Source of the DNA: Nemertoderma westbladi
Lineage: Eukaryota > Animalia > Xenacoelomorpha
Direction of reading: 5' to 3'
NCBI GenBank assembly: GCA_032718475.1
Contig: JAUCBJ010002899.1
Location: forward strand, 33,178 to 97,177
DNA: 64,000 nt
The notes below the pieces were generated by a model that saw only the letters and a program-made list of their open reading frames with translations, did not search any database and was not told the origin of the DNA. The stretch's first letter is position 1; every line of letters starts with the position of its first letter. Shown one piece after another: positions 61,141 through 64,000 of the stretch. The position numbers and the translations under genes are program-made.

Positions 61141-63046
61141 CTAGGATCAGGCAGGATCAGAACAATTTCCCTTGGCACCAATATAGTTGTATCCGGAATT
61201 GTAACATAAAATAAGGACGGCATTTGGTGAAATTTCTCGGGAAACTCGAATCTAGAAATACATGCAAATCACATGGAAATATACAAATTTGCACGTAATT
61301 TTGACAATAATCTTGTAGAATTACAACGCGTCTTTTTACCACTTGATAAAATAATGACGTTAACTTTATAACTGACGTTTTGGAAAATAAAGAAATTATC
61401 TCTCTGTATCTGTAAAAGTGTCGCCATAACGGAATAATGGTCCTCTGTATACAACTAAAATCTAAACTTCTAAGCAAAAGCAATTTCTATAAGTGCCTTT
61501 AATACCACTAATATAATAGTCAAAGAATTGAATCATTCGCTATTGAACAATCGACTGACTTTTTTAAAGGTTTATTTTATCGATTTATCGAAACTTCGTT
61601 TCACATTAATGGTTTCCCGACAACTGCTATGATACTTGCAGACATAGAAATACCTGACACCAGCTGTCATTTCATATTCAGAGACAATCCTGTATTGAGA
61701 CCAATGATTACATTCCCTCGAGGACTACTATATCTCGGAAATTGAATCAACTTCAACAGTTTTTAAAAGCTTTGATAACATCAGCCTCCGCTTCCAGTAT
61801 TCGGTATTCTTTGTTAGTCCTTGTGGGATGGAGTGTAATCGAATTGCTTCGCTTCATTTAATTACCCTAATTCTACATACATCAGGATCATAAAGGGTTT
61901 GTTAATAAGGTATCCCATGCATTTAGGAACCATTAAGTCTCTGTAATTCAACCCAATGGCGATTCCTGATACCCCTCATCATCTATAATTCTATGTGACA
62001 AATTCCCTACAGCAAGATTTGTGCTATGAGTATATTTTCTCTCTATGTTTATTTATTATCAAGATATGAACAGCACTTGTAAAATAATTTCATACAAAAG
62101 GTTGTACAAAAGGTATTCAAAAGGTTGTACTTTTAAATAGAAATTAAATTTGATATTATATTTGTAATTATAAAAATATTATATTATATAATATTATATT
62201 GTATTTATATTTATTTTGTTTTATAGTGCCCATGTGCACAATCAGATAGTTTATACCCCTGCGCAATATTTTTAATTAATTTATTATTTTGGTTTGCCAA
62301 TAACCCTCATAACCCATAACATATTGTTTTAAGAGAAAACCTCGTATTCCTCACGTTGGAGGAAATATTAAATATTAGTAAATGTTAAAATAAATATAAA
62401 TGTAAAATGTTAAATAAATGTTAAATATTCGAACAGTAATAATTAATAATTACTGTTCCAATATTTAACATTTTCCACTTAACAAGGGCTTCTATTTCAA
62501 TTCGATAGTAGGCCTATTATTCAATCGATGTTTCGATTTCGCCGTATCGCAGACAGTAAGACTGCAATGGTCGTGTAGTGTTGTTGAATCAACATCAACT
62601 CTGATCCTCTATAATGCTCACTCAGTTCGATTGAAACCAATCAATCGATACTTATGGGCTTAAAAACCTCCATTCAAAGTTCAAACTAACATGTAATTAC
62701 ACTTTTTTAAATTAAGCGCATTAGTAAGCACATTGTCGAGCTTCATATCGGCCGGTTATTGTTACTTAACTAATGGAATAAAAACTTGTAATGCCCATTC
62801 GAAAACACACGACATTTGGTGTACGATTACACCCTTTGTTAAAATGTAATTCTCCACAAAAATTGGCTTGTACGACTTATAACGGCATTTCTATATGATC
62901 CATTGTACGGCAATAGGTTTTTGGCTGTATCCAGTGCTATATAATCGGACCATTTTGAATGGGCCATTATCTCCCTTCTAAGTGTCTCAGTTGGGGCCTA
63001 ATCATCGCTGTGTGTTCAGCTAAGAGGGCCACTTTAGTATATAGGC

Positions 63047-63223
63047 CTAGCTACACTCCGTCTGCGCATTGCGGCTACTCCAGTCCCCACCCTGAGAATC
63101 ACTTAGAAGCCGCCGTTTTTCCACTAGCGGAGTAATTTGCCCTGTTGGACCTCCCGATTTTGTACAATGGAACTCACTCGCCTGTAAGTCGGGCACATCC
63201 GATTGTGACGATTTAACTTTGAT
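63047..63223 (-). CDS. Possible terminal exon of an upstream gene
   Basis: TTTCAGTTTAG acceptor, 58 open codons with an EKRRLL dileucine-like motif, then TAG; locally higher GC. Confidence 0.25.
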   Translation of the reverse strand: MKVKSSQSDVPDLQASEFHCTKSGGPTGQITPLVEKRRLLSDSQGGDWSSRNAQTECS

Positions 63224-63800
63224 CTAAACTGAAACTAATTTATATTTAAGTGGTATATCGTTGTGGTGGTTGAACTTCCTTGACAGTGAATATCAGGACA
63301 ATCCCAAAGGCGTTGTAACAAACAAAACATGGTGGACAATTATTGTGTATAAGATATGTCAATTCACCATTTACTGTAGATGTCATTGGAATTCTGATAT
63401 CTAAAGAGGTATGGTAATACAAATTTTAAAGTGCCCAGAGTAAGCCGAGAAAGCCCCCGCTTTGTTGTGTTGTGTTCTAGCTAAATTTTTGATAAATGTA
63501 GTTCATTTAAATCGCAGCAACAATGTGAAATAAGTTCCGCAACAAAAGTTGCATCGTGTGAGGCGGGGCCGTGGCGCCTCGAGCCTTAAATGAGATAGCC
63601 TTTCCGCGATGTACAAAAAGTAAAGTAACCACGGTATTAGAAATCTGAGGCAATTATATGAAGTATTCATGGCATGCGAATTGAACAATAATTTCACATA
63701 TTGCATTTATATGAACCAAATCGACAGGTTTTTTGGAGTATAATAAGACAGTAGACAGTAAAATGCAATATCTACAATTTAATTATTTAAAAATAACTAT

Positions 63801-63942
63801 TTATTATATTGTGTATAATGTAACACTTTATCTCACGCCGGTCCCGAATGTTAATATCTAAACGAACGAGCGAAGCGAGTGAATGAAATATTGAAACGTG
63901 GGACCGAAATGAGATAAAGATACATTATACACAATATAATAT
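63801..63942. repeat. Imperfect ~55 bp-arm palindrome around CGAACGAGCGAAGCGAGTG; likely the end of a non-autonomous DNA element
   Basis: TATTATATTGTGTATAATGTA..CTTTATCTCA..CGGTCCC versus GGGACCG..TGAGATAAAG..TACATTATACACAATATAATA. Confidence 0.7.
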
Positions 63943-64000
63943 GTTGTTTTATTGTTAAATTTATGGATTACCTAACATGATCCCGGTATAATAGATAATA

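Overview
AT-rich metazoan (invertebrate-like) genomic DNA dominated by nested, mostly decayed transposable elements. No prokaryotic features, rRNA or CRISPR were seen. Host genes, all on the minus strand: (1) a type II transmembrane fibrinogen-related (FReD) gene whose single interruption is a 5'-truncated LINE flanked by an AGGT duplication, which forms an exact GT-AG intron; (2) an intronless, 10-Cys, probably GPI-anchored Ly6/three-finger-like ORF; (3) seven internal exons of an MFSD6-like transporter. Mobile DNA includes a BEL/Pao LTR retrotransposon (gag-PR-RT open, RNase H/integrase missing), a decayed Gypsy pol, an unclassified gag-like family associated with ~1 kb repeats, RTE-, CRE- and L2/CR1-group LINE fragments, an Academ-like deletion derivative, hAT MITEs and a SINE. 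There are two minisatellite arrays (26 bp x ~250 and 31 bp x ~30). The most novel signals are an array of covarying RNA structures (kink-turn + C(UUCG)G hairpins, plus GNRA-capped junctions) upstream of the BEL gag-pol, and the LINE-created intron. Family assignments come from motif recognition by eye, not from database searches.
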